NCBI GenBank assembly: GCA_030265395.1
Contig: JARFYF010000012.1
Coordinates: 30,325,643 to 30,389,642 of the forward strand
Reading direction: 5' to 3'
Source of the DNA: Rhina ancylostomus
Lineage: Eukaryota
Length of the DNA stretch: 64,000 nt
The translations under genes and the position numbers were made by a program. Each line of letters begins with the position of its first letter. Within the stretch, counting starts at the first letter, position 1. Below are positions 15,276-30,000 of the stretch, one piece after another. Below the pieces are notes generated by a model that saw only the letters and a program-made list of their open reading frames with translations, searched no databases and had not been told where the DNA came from.

Positions 15276-16009
15276 GATCACCACATTTTGTTTAATTGGT
15301 GATGAGGGGTAGGGGATTGGTGAGTGGGAGTGATTGCTGAATGGCAGAGGATGAGATGACAGGGAGGGATGAATCACTGGTTTGAATTAATTCACACAGT
15401 GGTCAGCTGGTTTGAATTCTTCACACAGCGGATGAGAGTTGTAAGAGAATGATGTGTAGTACTTGTTGCTTAGCTAATCCATTGTAAAGGAAAGCCTTTA
15501 TTTTCTTGTACGGAAAGTTAGTAGAAAGCACATGGATAGGTGAGTGGAGGGAGAAACGAAGGGAGAAGTGACCACAAAAGAGAATTTGAGCAAAGTTACT
15601 TGAAATTCATCAAATATATAAAATCTGTTGAATATAACTTCAGAATCAACAAAGAATTGGTCAATCCCACACTTTTTCCCCCAGTTTCCTCCTTTGTAGA
15701 AGTTCCTAAATTATGCTTTGTTTTGATGGCAAAGTCAATAGAGATGTCCATTCTTGTGTACAACTCAGCAATTTGGTTGGCTGCCATTAGCACAGACTAA
15801 TTCTGATGCAATTAATTCTTGCACACATTCTGGGAGGGATTACTATTGTTATTATCCAAAAAACAAACTGGATTTGAGACAACTATGTGTAGAAAGTGCT
15901 ACTAGAGATGAGTAATACTTGACCTTGGCAAATGAAATTAGGCAGGTGGTGGAAGTGTTGGTGGGGGGAGCACTTTGGGAATTGTGACCACAATTCTATA
16001 AGTTTCAAG

Positions 16010-17320
16010 TAGTAATGGAAAGGGATAAGGTTGAATCTCAAGTTAAGGTCTTGAATCAGGAAAGCTGATTTCAAGAGTGTAAGAGAGGACCTGGCAACAG
16101 TCAGTTGGGAGCACATGCTTGCGGGCCTTCTAAAGGAGAGTTATTAAAAGTTCAGGGCCATTATATTCCATTAAGGGTGAAAGGCACAAGTGGCTTGGGA
16201 ACTTTAGATGACAAAGGATGTTGAAAATTTGATCAGGAAAAGAAAAGAAATGGCAGGTAAAGGCAGATAGGATGGAGGGAGTTTCTTGAATATAGTGTGT
16301 GCAGGAGAGAACTTGAAGAAATTGAGAGCAAAAAATGGCTATGAAATATCCTTGGCAAGTAGGATTAAGGAGAATCCCTAAAAAAAAATTCTATGTATAT
16401 CAGAAGCAAGAGGATGGCCAGGGAAAGAGTGGGACTCCTTGAGGACCAAAGGGGTAGTTTGTGTGGAGCAAGGTGATATGGGGAGTTCCAAAATGAATAT
16501 TTGAGTATTCACTAAGGAAAAGGACATGGCAGATGATGACTTCAGGGAGGGGTATGTATATGATTAGGAGCAGGTCAGTATTAAGCAGGAGGTGGTAGTG
16601 GTTGTCATGGGATGTATATGGGTCCCAGGGCTGGATGAAATCTATCCCAGTTACTCAGGAAAGCAAGGGAGGAAAAAGCTCACGGAGATTTTTGCATCTT
16701 TGTTAGCCACTGGTGAGGTACCAAAAGACTGGAGGATGGGTAATGTTCCTTTTATTTTAAGAGGGGCAGCAGGGAAAAGCCAGGTAACTACAGACCAATA
16801 GTGAGTTCTGTGCCAGTGGGCAAGCAATTATTGGAGTAAGTGTGAAGGGATAGGAATTGTGTACATTTGGAACAGTAGGGGCTGGTCTAGGATAGCATGG
16901 TTTTGTGTGGAGAGAAATAAGATACTGCAGATGCTGGAATCTGGAGAAGAAAACAAACTGCTGGAGGAACTCAGTGGGTCAAGCAGCATTTGTGGAGATG
17001 GGGAGGGGGGGTAGTTGATGTTTTGAGTCAAGACCTTGCATCAGCACTGAGAGTGTAGAGGGCAAATATAAAGAGGGGAGGGGTGGATGAGGTGGGCTGA
17101 CAGGTGATAGGTGGAAATCCAGCTATTACCTGCCATCTCCTGCTTCATTCATCCCCCTCACTTATGTTTAAGAGACATTTAAACAGGCACTTAAAAAGGT
17201 AAAGAATAGAAGGATATGGACCTAATGTGGGCAAATGGGATTAGTGTAGATGGGCAAAAATGTCAGCATGGATGTGGTGTGCTGAAGAGCCTGTTTTTGT
17301 GGTATACAACTGTGACTATG
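16010..17320 (+). mobile_element. Degenerate CR1 LINE with a nested Penelope-derived tail (about 16918-17160, minus)
   Basis: PGLDEIYP...LTEIFASLLATGEVPKDWRMGNVP CR1 motif; CR1 3' UTR resumes at ~17165 and ends in tgactatg. Confidence 0.75.
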
Positions 17321-18519
17321 GATTATTTTTGCATTTCTTGCTTGCTGCCACATGAAACATTCATGCTTCCAGAGTATGAACTCAGACTATAAATTTGTTG
17401 CAAGTTGTAATCCAAACCAAAGAGGCAAATAGAAGAAACGTCCTTGTGAGGATATCTGCTGCTGTATTTAGTCTCAACATGCACTTGGATAAATAGATTC
17501 ACAGAATTTTGGAAAAACTGGAGAGGACAGATTCCTTTGGAATAGGGTCAAGATCAGAATGATGCTAAATGTAAATGTACATAAGATTGCCATTGATGTT
17601 TCAGTTTTTAAAATTATCATATGGAAAGCTGACCATGTTCTGCACAGAATAACCTAATGACATCCATCTTGATGTAATTTCCAAACACTGGTGGAAAAAC
17701 CTCAAAACCCTATTGGTGAAAATGATTCACCAAGCATTTTAGGACAGCTGATGTAGTCTTCTAACCAAGCATACCTTGAAGCTTGGATTCATACCAATCA
17801 AATTTCTGTATTTGTTATTGCATCTTTAAAGTCCTAATCTTCTGGGATGCTGCTTCTCTCTCCCCAACTCTCATCCACCTTTCTTCATCAGTGCGGACTG
17901 CTGATGGTTATGTAAATAAGCCTGGCCTATTCCAAAGCTTGAACGAAGTATGTTGCTGCACAATCAACCACAATGTAAGTGTGTTCCAAAAAGAATTGGG
18001 CTGTTCTACTTCTGAGGGGGAAAAAAATGATTGTTCAGGGAGCTAGTTGTTATAAGCATGTATGAAGATTGATTCAAATGTGCTATATTCGGGAAGGTGT
18101 TCCCAGCATGTAAGAAATTTAAAATGGTAATAACTCTATGAAGATTCTAGGATTCCCTCAAGCGACAAGAAATTAAGAGTACGTAGTGATTCCTCTGATA
18201 GAAGCTGCTTTTCAGCCCCAATATTAATTACCATTGTGCTCACAATATTAACCCTCTGCATTTAAATTTAATGCCAGTGAATGGAATCATGTATTTAAAT
18301 AGAATGCCAAAAAAAGTGGCAGTGTGTCTAAATTAATGGAACTAACTCCTTAAAGTTATTATTATACATTGAATTTGTATCTGGATGGATGAATTTGTTT
18401 TCTGGGGCCTGTTTTGAATCTTCTGAATAACTTTTCATGCTGCAATAATGAAATGACTACAAATACTACAATAAAGCAGTTAAGCAAAAGTGACAACTTC
18501 TCTTCAGACAGTCTTTTGG

Positions 18520-19430
18520 AATAGAGGATGATCCGCTTCCACTCTGCTCAAAAGTGGCTGACGTGGGAACTACAGACTCTTCCATAGTTGGAGCAGGAGG
18601 TACCTGATGGAGCAAGCAGATGAGGTGGTGCATTCCTTCCACCGTTTACACTAGGCATCTGTGTTCTCCAGGTGCATGGACTAGAGTTTCTCAATACCAG
18701 CCTGAATGTTCCCTCTCCACTGGATTGGTCATGAGCCAGGAATTCCAAAGAGTCAGTGGGGATATTGCAGTCTTTCAAGGAGGCTTTGAGAACATCCTTA
18801 AATCTTTTCCTCTGCCTGTTCTGATGATCTCTTCCCATGACAGACACTCTATTAAGAACTCTATTTTGAGAGTCTGGTGTTGGCGCAGGCAATGGTGTGA
18901 CCTGCCGAACAGGGCTAATTGAATGTAATTGGAGCCTCAATTCTGGCAATCTTGGTCTAAGAAGACAGTTCAGTTGTCTTTCCAGTGCATTAGGAGGGTT
19001 TTGCAGAGCTGAGCCTGGTATTTTTTTCAGTACTATTAGAGTGCCTGCTGTAGCCTTTTCAAATATCAAAGTATATAGGAGGACAGGGATCACTGCTGTC
19101 CATTAGACCTCCAGTTTTATACTAGGTTTTAGATCTTGGTCTTTAAACATCCTTCTCAGACAATGAAAGGCTGTGCTGGTGCATAGAAGGCGATGGTGAA
19201 TTTCACCATTGACATCTACCATTGCCAGGAGATGGCATCCAAAATATGAGAAGTGGTTTGGGTTTTTCCACCATCTTTCCATGAACATTTATTGTTGGGT
19301 AGCAGTATTGCAGAGAGGGGCAGATTGGTTGAGGACCTTCTGTACTCTAGATATCAGGTGTAAGGCCCACCATCTACTGTGGTTTAGCAAACCAGTCGAC
19401 AATGACCAAGAGCTCGGCCTCTGAACATTC
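18520..19430 (-). mobile_element. RTE-clade LINE fragment
   Basis: Minus ORFs: HFSYFGCHL...EIHHRL...AFHCLRR...DLKPSIKLEV, IPVLLY, RQRKRFKDVLKASLKDCNIP and terminal C-x2-(C)GRVC.S remnant. Confidence 0.85.
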
Positions 19431-22400
19431 TGTGAATTGCACTTAATCTGCTGCAATATCATTGTAAAAGTATTCATTAAAATTAAACTTTTGAAATTGA
19501 TATTCTATTTCTCCAAGTTGAAATTGTGCTTTTTGTACTTATTAGTAAGCAGCTGAGTTGCACAGATCAGGAAGGTAGCTGCAAAAGTTGTTGGTATGTG
19601 CTGAATAAACTTGTCAGTAAAGTGATTGCAATTGGATATGGACCTAAACAGCAACTAATTCTATAGGTTAAAAAGAAATTAATCAGTTAGGTCTCCTGAT
19701 CACTAATGGCTCCCCCCTGCTGGAAAATGTGTTGATATTTTAGCTCGGATGCCTTCCACTTCAAGTAACTTGACAGCAGTGGATCTTATAAGGAGAAGTA
19801 ACCATTTAGGTATCAAGAGCCACCAGTATCTGTGGAGCAGTATCTGTAGTCAATTAGCATTTTCAAGATACACTGGCATCAATACAAGTATTAATTCAAT
19901 ATAAAAAAATTATAGTGAGATTTTATTTATCTGTAGAATTGCTGTTTCATAGATTTGCTATAGTTAGCTCTCTGAATTTTATATTGTTTTACTCAAATAG
20001 ATGGCATCTAAAATTCCCACAGTTCTGTGAAGTGGTACGTACTTTGTAAATAACAGTGTAAAGATCTATTTTGCCATACTTCAAACAATGGATTAAGGAT
20101 ATTTCTTCTGTTGATATGTAACTTTTATAATGAAAGTTAGCTACGTCTGTCCTTATTGCAGAACAAGGCACCCTATTTATAGATTCTGTAAATAGCAAAA
20201 AAAAACATTTCCAAATCAGTTGGAAATACTGTTTTGCTTCAAATTTGTTAATTTCTAGATGAATCATACATTCTCCCATAGTCGTGATGTTTGAGGACTG
20301 AAGGCCATATATTTCACCGTTACTACATGGACTTAATAGGAAATTTGTGCCTTGTTCCAAATGAGAGTAAATGGGTGGTTGATGGTTAGCAGGAATTTGG
20401 GCCAAAGGGCCTGTTACCATGCTGTATCCCTCAGTATGAGAGAATGTCATTCCTTTTCTCCAAGTCTACAAAATACCCCACCTTGTGGTCCAACCAAGAA
20501 TAGAATAAATAACAAGATAGAATCAATATAGAACTATTGAATTAATTTTGAGGGATTCAAATCGATAATTGTGAAATATTAAAGATCAAGTTTATTGCTA
20601 TTCAAAATATTTATATTCCAAATTCATATTGCAATTAGACAAACCTTGGGAAAAATGGTTCTTAATTCTGAATATTATTAGTCACTGGTTATCGTTAATG
20701 ATTGTAATTAAGGATTTTAAATATTAAGGGATAAAATTATTGATCCCAAATTACTTTACTGCCCAGAATTCTATTTGGCAAATTACCAATAATTACTAAA
20801 AGATTAATATATCTTACTCAAATTATTTTAATTTAGATAATCAAATTAAAAGCCAGTACATCATCCCTGTATTTCATTTATTCTAGCTATTCTTCATGCA
20901 TAGACCCTTGTAATTTTGTGGAATATTTTAATTAACAATTTAATAGCAGTATTTTTTGTATTTTAATATAAATTACATTTTTTAACATGCATAATCATTT
21001 TCAATAATCTTTTCTGAACTTGCTGCTTTTGAATAAGGTTATTGGAGGTGTATTTAGTGCACTGATACTGGTCTTAAGAAAAGAATTGCACTAAATACAC
21101 TTATTGTAATAGGTTTTTTGTTGTACAATATAATTCATATGAAATTATTATTAAAAATGGATCAATTCTTAACAGTACTTCCCTTTTTTGATGTTTTATG
21201 TAGCACAACTTAAAAAATATTTTTATGATACAAGCCGAATTTCTAAAATCTAAACCTAAACCTTTGCAAAGTTAAAGTGACCTGATACAATTTTTTTCTG
21301 CTCAATCACATATGATTTTACTAATGCACTAAAACTGAAAGTGTTTTGAATTTTATAACATTTTAGAGCATTGTTGCTTTGACAAACATTTGTCAAGTGA
21401 TTATGAGTTTGTGATTGTCAGGAAATTATTCAGTTAAATATTATGTGGTGTTTGCAGAAGTGATAGCCAATGTGTGAAAAGAAACACCAAACACTGATTT
21501 ACTTGGAAATTCCAAATGTTTCCTCCTTTTGATATTTGCTCTTACTGCTGATTGCTCTTTAGATTTGTTTGATTCTGCTCTGTAAGAAGTGTGGATTTAA
21601 GTGGCTTATGGTTCAGTGACTATATAGTATTTCAGGCAATATAAAGAGAAAAGTGAGAGGTAAAAGTAATTGCTAGTTTAGAAGTGTAATGTGTTTTTTA
21701 AACTCCAGAAAACAGCAGCTAATTCTTGCATTCATTGGCTTAACTCCTCATATATCCAAAATGTGCAAAGCAATTGTTGTAAAAGTATGCTTTAGATTTT
21801 AAAGCTATACTTAAATCTCAGACTTAGCATTTCATTCCTTATCTCCTTTACCCTACAAACCGCATAATATGAACACTTAAGTTCACATAGTCTGTTTCCA
21901 TTTGAGGAAAGAATGGTCATGGATGTATGGTGGTCTATAACAATTGTCAGCACCATTCTTTGATTGTCCATGGAGTCAAATACCAAATACTTTTGCCTCC
22001 CTTCCTGAAAAAGCTCTCCACCACAGCAAGGTGCTTCATCATTTTAATGACATGCCTGTGAATTGACAAAACCCACTGTCAGCCAGTTCAGGCCTTTGGT
22101 TGAAAGACAAGTCATGCTACAACACTAAAGCTGTTTGTGTTTGTCAATATCAACTTCTAAGAAAATGTCATTATTGCCCAAAATTTTCATACTTTGTTTT
22201 GCTTTTGTTTTACAGATTTCAGTTTTGTTGGTTTTGAGCTTTTTAAGCTGTTTAAGCTGAGAGCAATAAAAAAGCAAAAGAAATTTAAGCCCTTTTCAGA
22301 ATATACCAAAATTTCATACAATAATTTGAAATATAGTCACTTTTGTAATGCATGAACATCTAACAGAGCTGATTAGATCTCTGCTTAATCTCTCTTTGGA

Positions 22401-23943
22401 AAAGGGTGGCACTTCTAAGAGTAAAACGCACCCTCAGTACTGCAGTGACGTATCAGGCTAAATTTTGGTGTTAGTTTCTTGTGTGGAACTTAATCGGAAG
22501 CTAACAGCACGTGATGCTATAATCAATAAACTTTAACCAAAAAAATATACTTTTTCAAATGTTTTCTCATCAGGTTTCTAACAACGTTTCTACCCTCCTG
22601 TCTTTTCCTAAAGATGCTAACAGCATGTTTTGTTTTCCATTCCTATTGAACATGCTCCAGTAGGGCATTATTAGGAATATATAGACTCATCATTACCTTG
22701 ACTTGTATATTCTACATCCATTATGATGAAGTCTTCTATTACCTTACACCTTAGCAATGTGAGATACTGCCTTGAATCTCTAAACTATCTTCCTTTCATT
22801 CTTAATACTTTTTAATCAGAAAAGCTAAAATCCATCAGGTAGACACTGAATTCCATGTGGCATGTTTTAGTGCATTATCTACAACCCTTTGTAGATCCTG
22901 TTGGTCTTCCACAATAACCATATCTCTTCATATTAGGAATAGATTTTGATCTATCCAAATCATTGATGTTATAATGCATAGAAATGCCCCAGTACTGAAC
23001 CCTATGGGAACCTCTACCTAAGCATTATGTTTAAAAAAAAATTGTCCTGAACACTCAATGTTTTCCTTTTTTGACTTCCTAATTCGATTCTCCTTAATCT
23101 TCCCAAATTAATTCTCCCTGTGGTATCTTTTAAACTAGTGATCACTTTTGCACCTCCTTTGCATCTTTCCAAAATTCTTGTATTCCTCCATTGTCAGGCT
23201 ACCCAAACTGTGTACCATATGATGCTTAACCTGGCTCGTGTATGACGAAAATTGTAAATTCAGTTTTGCACTGCATCACCCCGAGAAGGTGGCAAATTAG
23301 AACTTTAGGTTAACACAAGTGGAATTTCATCAGTTCTCTGGTGAAAATCTGATTTCTACTGAATTTCTCATCTATTTTAAATTTAATCAATTTAAAGGAA
23401 AACACTTGTATATAATTTTTTTAATTGTTAACTCAAAAGGGAGCAATAAATGAATGAGGAAAGTATTTACAGTGCACTTTGGCAAATTGTACTTCACATG
23501 CACTGAATTACTTTGAAGTGCAATAGCTCTTTGTAGGCAGATGCTACTTTGCACACAGGATCCTATGAACAGACAATGAGATAAATGAACCACTCATTGT
23601 TTTTGAGTTGGGGCATTTAATGATCAGACAGACACTTCTGCCATTGCTTGAGTATAGCATTGAAATGTTTGTCTGGATTCTATCTTTCATTCTTGGAATG
23701 GAGCTTCAATTTCAAAGGTGAGAATGCTGCTGACTACAACTTGAAACTGTACAGTCAATTTGGATGGCATCTCAACCAGTCCTTACTAGTTCAGATATAA
23801 ATTACACAATTAAATTAATTCAAAAGTTAACCTGTTTTTTAGTTGTTTTCATTCCAGAGTAAAGGTACATTAAAAAATAAATAACATTATTACACTAACA
23901 CCAAAAAGGTTGCTTAGTACTGTGTGATACTTATCTTTTCTAG

Positions 23944-24056
23944 CTACTCGATCTATTTATGGTGTGGGATTGGTCGACATATCTAGCTGATTATGGGCAA
24001 GCTACATCCAAGTACCTGAGAGTGAATCCCAACACAGCTCTGATACTACTAGAGAA
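23944..24056 (+). CDS. EXOC6: Exocyst complex component 6 (Sec15 homologue), penultimate coding exon
   Basis: ttttctag acceptor, 113 nt reading LLDLFMVWDWSTYLADYGQATSKYLRVNPNTALILLE(K), then AA|gtaagc donor (phase 2). Matches the recalled vertebrate EXOC6 C-terminal region. Confidence 0.96.
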
Positions 24057-27000
24057 GTAAGCAATTATATCTATAATTTTGTGTGTACATTAAGCCTAAT
24101 TTAACATAAAATGGCATTTCACATGATTTTCAGTTATTATTTTAACTTTTCTTCAGAATAGAATTCATTTAGTCTTTTAAATTTTCCATCTGTCTGACAT
24201 AAGACTTGGAAAGTTCTATAGATATTTGTTTTAAAAATTAAAAATTTAGTAAAACTATACAAATTTCTACAGTTGGTAATGCATATTGTACTGTTAAAAT
24301 TGGCAATGCAGAAATATTATCTACTCATTATACCAATACTTTCCATGTTATCTGTTAAATATGCACCAACATCTTTAAGCAACTGTCCTTTCTAATGGCT
24401 TGAGGTAGCTTCTGACATGCTTTCGTCATTATCATTCCTCTTTTGTACAGAATCTACAGAAGGTAAGTAGTATTCATGTACCAGGTAGTGTCACTCATTC
24501 ATTGTCGTGAATTGAATGTTCATGGTTTGAATTTTGAAATTTTTGTTCTAGTGATCATTTTCATGATTAATGTATGCATAGTTAACATCATAGATTTGAG
24601 CTCTTGACAAAAAGTATTTGTGACTTGCTTGATATTAACTGCTTTGATATTGCATCCGTAAGCGTGTTTGAGAAAACAGTTAGCATTCTACTCACTGAAA
24701 TTGAAAGTTATGCCTTGGAGCAATTTAATGAAGTTTTATTTTCTTATAATCTGAGCACGTTTTCTTTGTCAGACAGAAATGAATTATAATTGTTGCCCAA
24801 GAGCTTTAAATTTGTGCTGCTGCATTTTGGGAATGGTTCTTACAGTGGCTTCAAAGCCAGAATTCATTATTCATGCACAATAGTAATGAATAAATAATCT
24901 CTTTACCCAGTCTGTGTGTCTAACTCATCTTCATAGACTTATAGAATGTACTCATCAATAACAATCAGCAGTAAAATGAGTGTATAAATTGTCTATAACA
25001 AAAAGCAGTCCAGGAGAACAAACTGAGGTCTGACAATGTAGGTAAATAAGAAAAGTTAATGATAAAAAAGAACTTGAGCTAGGGATCCATTGTGTTGGGG
25101 TGTGAGGTTTTATATGCTAATGGATGAATTTCATTGTATTTGTCACAATTCCCTCAAGCACAGTAATTCCAAGTAAATGTGGTAAAACACTAAATCCCAA
25201 ATTTCCATGCACACTTTGTACTTGCGCGCAATAAATGCGTGCAACTTGAACAGATTATATCTTGAGCAATGATTGCTTTCACCATTCCCAACTGAAATTG
25301 CATCATATTTGTCTGATGAACGTCTAGCTTTGCCAACAGCCAAATAATGTGTAATAAAAACAAAAAAAAAGGCAGACTTGCACAGGTCAGTAGAGAGAGA
25401 AACAGTTACTGTTCCAAGTGTGTCATTCAGCAGAAGAATCTAATGGAAGATCTTCACCCCAAATTTTCTTTTTCCGTCACTGCTGCCTGACCTGACTTTT
25501 TGCAGTGCTCTCTGTTTTAAGGGTTACTCAGCCGTATATCATTCCAGGGTGCAGTGTGCTGCACAGATGGTTGAATATTGCCAGTGGCGTTAGTGGAAGG
25601 ATGGAGGGTACAACCCTTAACTGGAAAAAGTTGGTAAAAGTGAGCTCTACAGTCATTTCTCCAGTTATTAACTCCTTGAATGTTCCAGTAGTGGATCCAT
25701 TGGATGTACTGCAGAAGCTAGAAGTGAAGGGTTAAAGGCAGAGCAGATATCCACAAAGGAGTAGGAAAAGAAGAGCCTCTATCCTGGCTTTATCACGGTG
25801 GATTATACTAGGGGCCGCGCTCCAGCTCAGTAGCATTATATCCAAGGACCCTGATGGAGAGTGTCAACAAGATCCTCAACAAAATTTGGCACCAAATTGG
25901 GCATATCTTCCATTTGTCCCAAGCAAGAGATATTATTGACAACTGCTGACAAAGTATTTGAAGATTTGATATGTCCAGATGGAGCATATCAGCACCCAGT
26001 TATAAAGAGAGGTCCTCTCTTATCAAGACATGCCTCATAGCTTGGAGATTCTCTAAAGCATTCCACTTCACTAACTCCACTTTGCCCAAGTTATTGCCTC
26101 CTGACTCAATGATAAACTATCTTGACACCACAAATCCTTAGAATTCTATGGCCGAGGTAACATGGGAGCATCAGCATTTACACCTACACTTATCCAACCT
26201 TTAACAATTGTCTCTCTCTATGCTGTTAACAGTTGAAGTGTGACCTACAAAGCACAACTACCAATCACAGACTTTTGATTCATCAGCCAGCTGTGAAATT
26301 GAGACTGCAGCAGTGGTAGTATCACATTATTACTTTGCCAATATCTCCTCATGAAAGAGGCATTTTGTACTGATGGTTCTGAGTTGATCAAAGCCATTAA
26401 GAAAGCAGAATTGGTGAAAAGCATCTGGCCATATGAAAACTTTTAAGATGATGAATCATTATAGAAACACCTGGCCTCAAAAATTCCTTGGATATCAAGA
26501 AGGTGAAGAAACCTGAAACACCAATAGAGCACTGCTATTTAAACATTTGGCTTCCTTAGTGCTGATTACAACAAAAAGACTTTGGAAGTAACTCTTTCAA
26601 GTCAGTAACATGACTTGGCAGATAATCTGATATGGTAGCTGTTATGCCATCATAATCCATCAATGACTGTGTGGCAGAAAATTATGCTGTTCCATAAATC
26701 CTTTCATTCTACTGACAAGTCCTGGCTCCCAGATTGGACCACTCATTTAACCTTCTCATAGCCATATTGCTGTGGCTGCAGAATTTGCTTATCCAAAGTA
26801 TGGAAGGAACACTTGGACATCAGACCGCTATTGCTTCCACATCTTTTGAAACTGAGTGTTGAAGACATGGCTGCAAGTTAAATGATGGAAAGGCTCAGTG
26901 CAGTGTCGGTCAAGATTCCCAGACCTTTCAAAATATAAAGTTGAACGGCTGATCCAGAAAGATGGGATTCCCTGTCAATTTGCAAGTAATCAAGAAGAGG

Positions 27001-30000
27001 CAGTGGAAATGGTAGGAGCATGTCATTGTTAAAGGGAGCACTAGCAAATATGTACAGTACATGAACACAAGGAAAAAAAAAATCTGTGCCTTAAGAGGTT
27101 GGGGCATCTGAAAGGGCTGATGATGTGTATACCTTTTACGTTTAGTATCCTTGGCTTCTGCAAGCCTTGCATGCTCCCAGCTCCATTATCAGGACCATTA
27201 ATTGCTCCTCCAAACTATACAGGTTTTGGATCTGCTAGGCTCCTATCTACTAGGATAGACTTTAAGACAGTCTTATCCTGCAAAGGGAACATGATCCTTG
27301 TACGATGATGTGAAATGGCTTTCATCCTGTATGAATTGTGTGGGTAGTTATGAAATGTGAGGATTGTATCAGTGGTGAGAGTTTGAACACTGTATGGTTA
27401 TGTTTGTCCACCTGGTTTTGAAGAGTCATTACACTAGCCTTGACCAAAAGTAACATTGTGGAATATCTTACAGCATTGTAGTCAGGTTCATGGAAACTAG
27501 TTCCTAACACTAATCTATCTTGCAACTTCCTACCAGTGCTGCTTCATTTCAATTCAACTGTTATCCAGCAAGGTGTACAAGACCCTTGTCCCTCTCCAAT
27601 TCCAGTGCAAAGATACTCAGATCAACAACAGTAAATCTGCTCCCTGGCCAGATGAACTCCTGTACTCCTGTTGCAGTTATTACACAACTATCCAAAATGA
27701 CTTCCAGCAGTTTTGTGTTTGTATAGTACTTTGCTCTTTTTGAGTTCTGATGTTAATTAGTGCAGGATCAGTTCCATAGGTGAATAGTATTGCCTTACTA
27801 ATAAGCAGTTATCATGTAGAAATGGGGAAAACTACTCTGCACATTCAAATTGCAATAATGCATTTGCACAGGATAGTGATTGGGAAAATTTAGCACCAAA
27901 GGCACAGACATGCAGATATGGATTACTTGCATAGTGCCAGTATAGCCCACCTACAGACAAAGGAGTTACTAGTCTCATGAATTTGTAGAGTGCTTTTCAC
28001 AATATTTTATTGTCCCAAGGTGCTTGACAGCCAATGAAGTTCTGCTGTAATGAAATAAGTATTGTGATAGGGAAAAACATGCAGCCAGTTTGCACCCAGC
28101 AAGGTTCCACAACAGGGTTGAAATTGATGCTTAGATAATTGTTTACAGTTTCAATGAGACAAATATTGAATATGGCTGTGCAGGAACTCCTCTGCTCTGC
28201 TGTGATTAATGCTCAAGAATATATCTTGTCTATCTGAGATGATGAAGGATATCAACCCCAAAAGTGCAGAATTGATCCAGTGTCATATTTAAGTGTCTGT
28301 GATTCAGACTTAAATTTGTTAACTACTGATTCAGAATTGAGAATGCGTCTAGCCAAATAAAATTGAAAATTCTGTTTAAAAAGCCCTTCAATGGAATACA
28401 TTTCATGTTCTTCAGTTATACACTTAAATACAATGCATTGCACAGAGGGATTATATCATTTAGATATTGTACTTGATTGGGGTTATAGCAGAGGAAGTGT
28501 TGAAATGAGTAATTATTTGGAAAATATGGGAGAATTGAGCCTGGGAGCTGGGGTAGTTGTGATAGAAGAGGATTGTATCAGAGGCAATGAGGAGAAAAAT
28601 GAGTTAGACGAGGATTGGCCTGGGACCAAAATTTTGGGTTTGATGCTTCAAACCCTGACAACATACTGGTAAAGTCAAGCAGCCTTAATCTAAAAACTCT
28701 CCTCTTTCTTTGGGTTAAGGTTTACTTCAATGTTTAGGACTAGCCTCAATGTAGGTGCAGAACAATTTTGTAAGGGTTGTCAAAATGCAATTTGTTTGCT
28801 GTTAGACATCACTGCATGTGCTCAGAAGCCCAAGTATGTTATGTGCATCATATGTATGAAGATCCAGAACAAAAGTCTGTAAATACACTTGGGAAGCACA
28901 AAGTTCACAACTGTATCATGCATTGAAATGTTACGCTATATGATAAGACATCTGGACCTGTACTCAAAATAACAAAACAGTTTTTCTGGAGCTAGGACAC
29001 TATTAGGAAACATTTGTTCAGCCAAATGATAAATTAGGCATTTTAATCAACAGACAAGATGAAAACCTCCTGGAAGCCACTCCTTTGTTTAATTTGGCTT
29101 GCCTAATTTCCTGCTGTCTTAATACAATCTCCCTCCCTGTTAGTGGTGGCAGGAATATCCTTGGTACACATCCCATGGTCAACCTGCTGTTCTCTTCCCC
29201 CATCATCTCCTACTTTTCACCCTCACCATAGGAGCCGGATTTAATCTTCTGCAGTGTTAATTCTAGTGTGAGTACTTCAATTAGAATAATTCTGAGTTAA
29301 CAAAATTACTATGTAATCTAAAATAAAGCATTATGCTCCACAAGATTAGGTAATAGACTTGGATGATTAAATTCTACAACAATGCATGGATATAGTTTCA
29401 GCATCTTAATGATTGAAAGTTGTGCAGCAAATGACTGGTGGTTATGTATGTTTCTATTATATTCATTGAATGCTAGTGAAAAAGTAAATCTTTTTCTTCA
29501 AACTCACAGATATGGCTAGCTATTTGAATCAACAGGCCATTTTAGGATAAATTATCTCCTTTTCCTATTTCTTCTCTGTCAGAGTTTAATTATTTCTTAA
29601 ATTCCAATGCAGAAGTCCATGTCATGTTTTACTAATCTATGACCACTTGTCTCAACTTATTTTACAGTAACTCTTGATTTTTCTTTTCCAAGTCATCTAT
29701 AGGGTTATCATCCATTTGCCTTCTAAAACTTTGTTCTCCAATCTTTACTCAGTCTTGTACATAAGTGACATTGTGATTTAGCTTTGAGGGATTCTTATAA
29801 ACTGTCTCTAATCCTTGAACATGTATCACAGTTGCTTGGTGAAACAACACCTCTAGCAGCCATTCCTTCTGGGAGAGTCAAAACAAAATGGTGACGGGAG
29901 GGGGGGTGGTGGAAATCTGGAATCTCTTATTCAAGGCAATTAAATAAACAAGAAATAGCCCAAGAGACTATTTTCCTCATGCTTGAATTACCTAACTTTT

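Noticed and set aside
18548-19093. 181-aa ORF
   Set aside because: Frameshifted RTE LINE remnant, not a host gene.
1-23943. Additional EXOC6 exons
   Set aside because: Looked for the preceding exon (EPVPGFQGDTLQLAFIDLRQ-like) and did not find it; the region appears to be one long intron.
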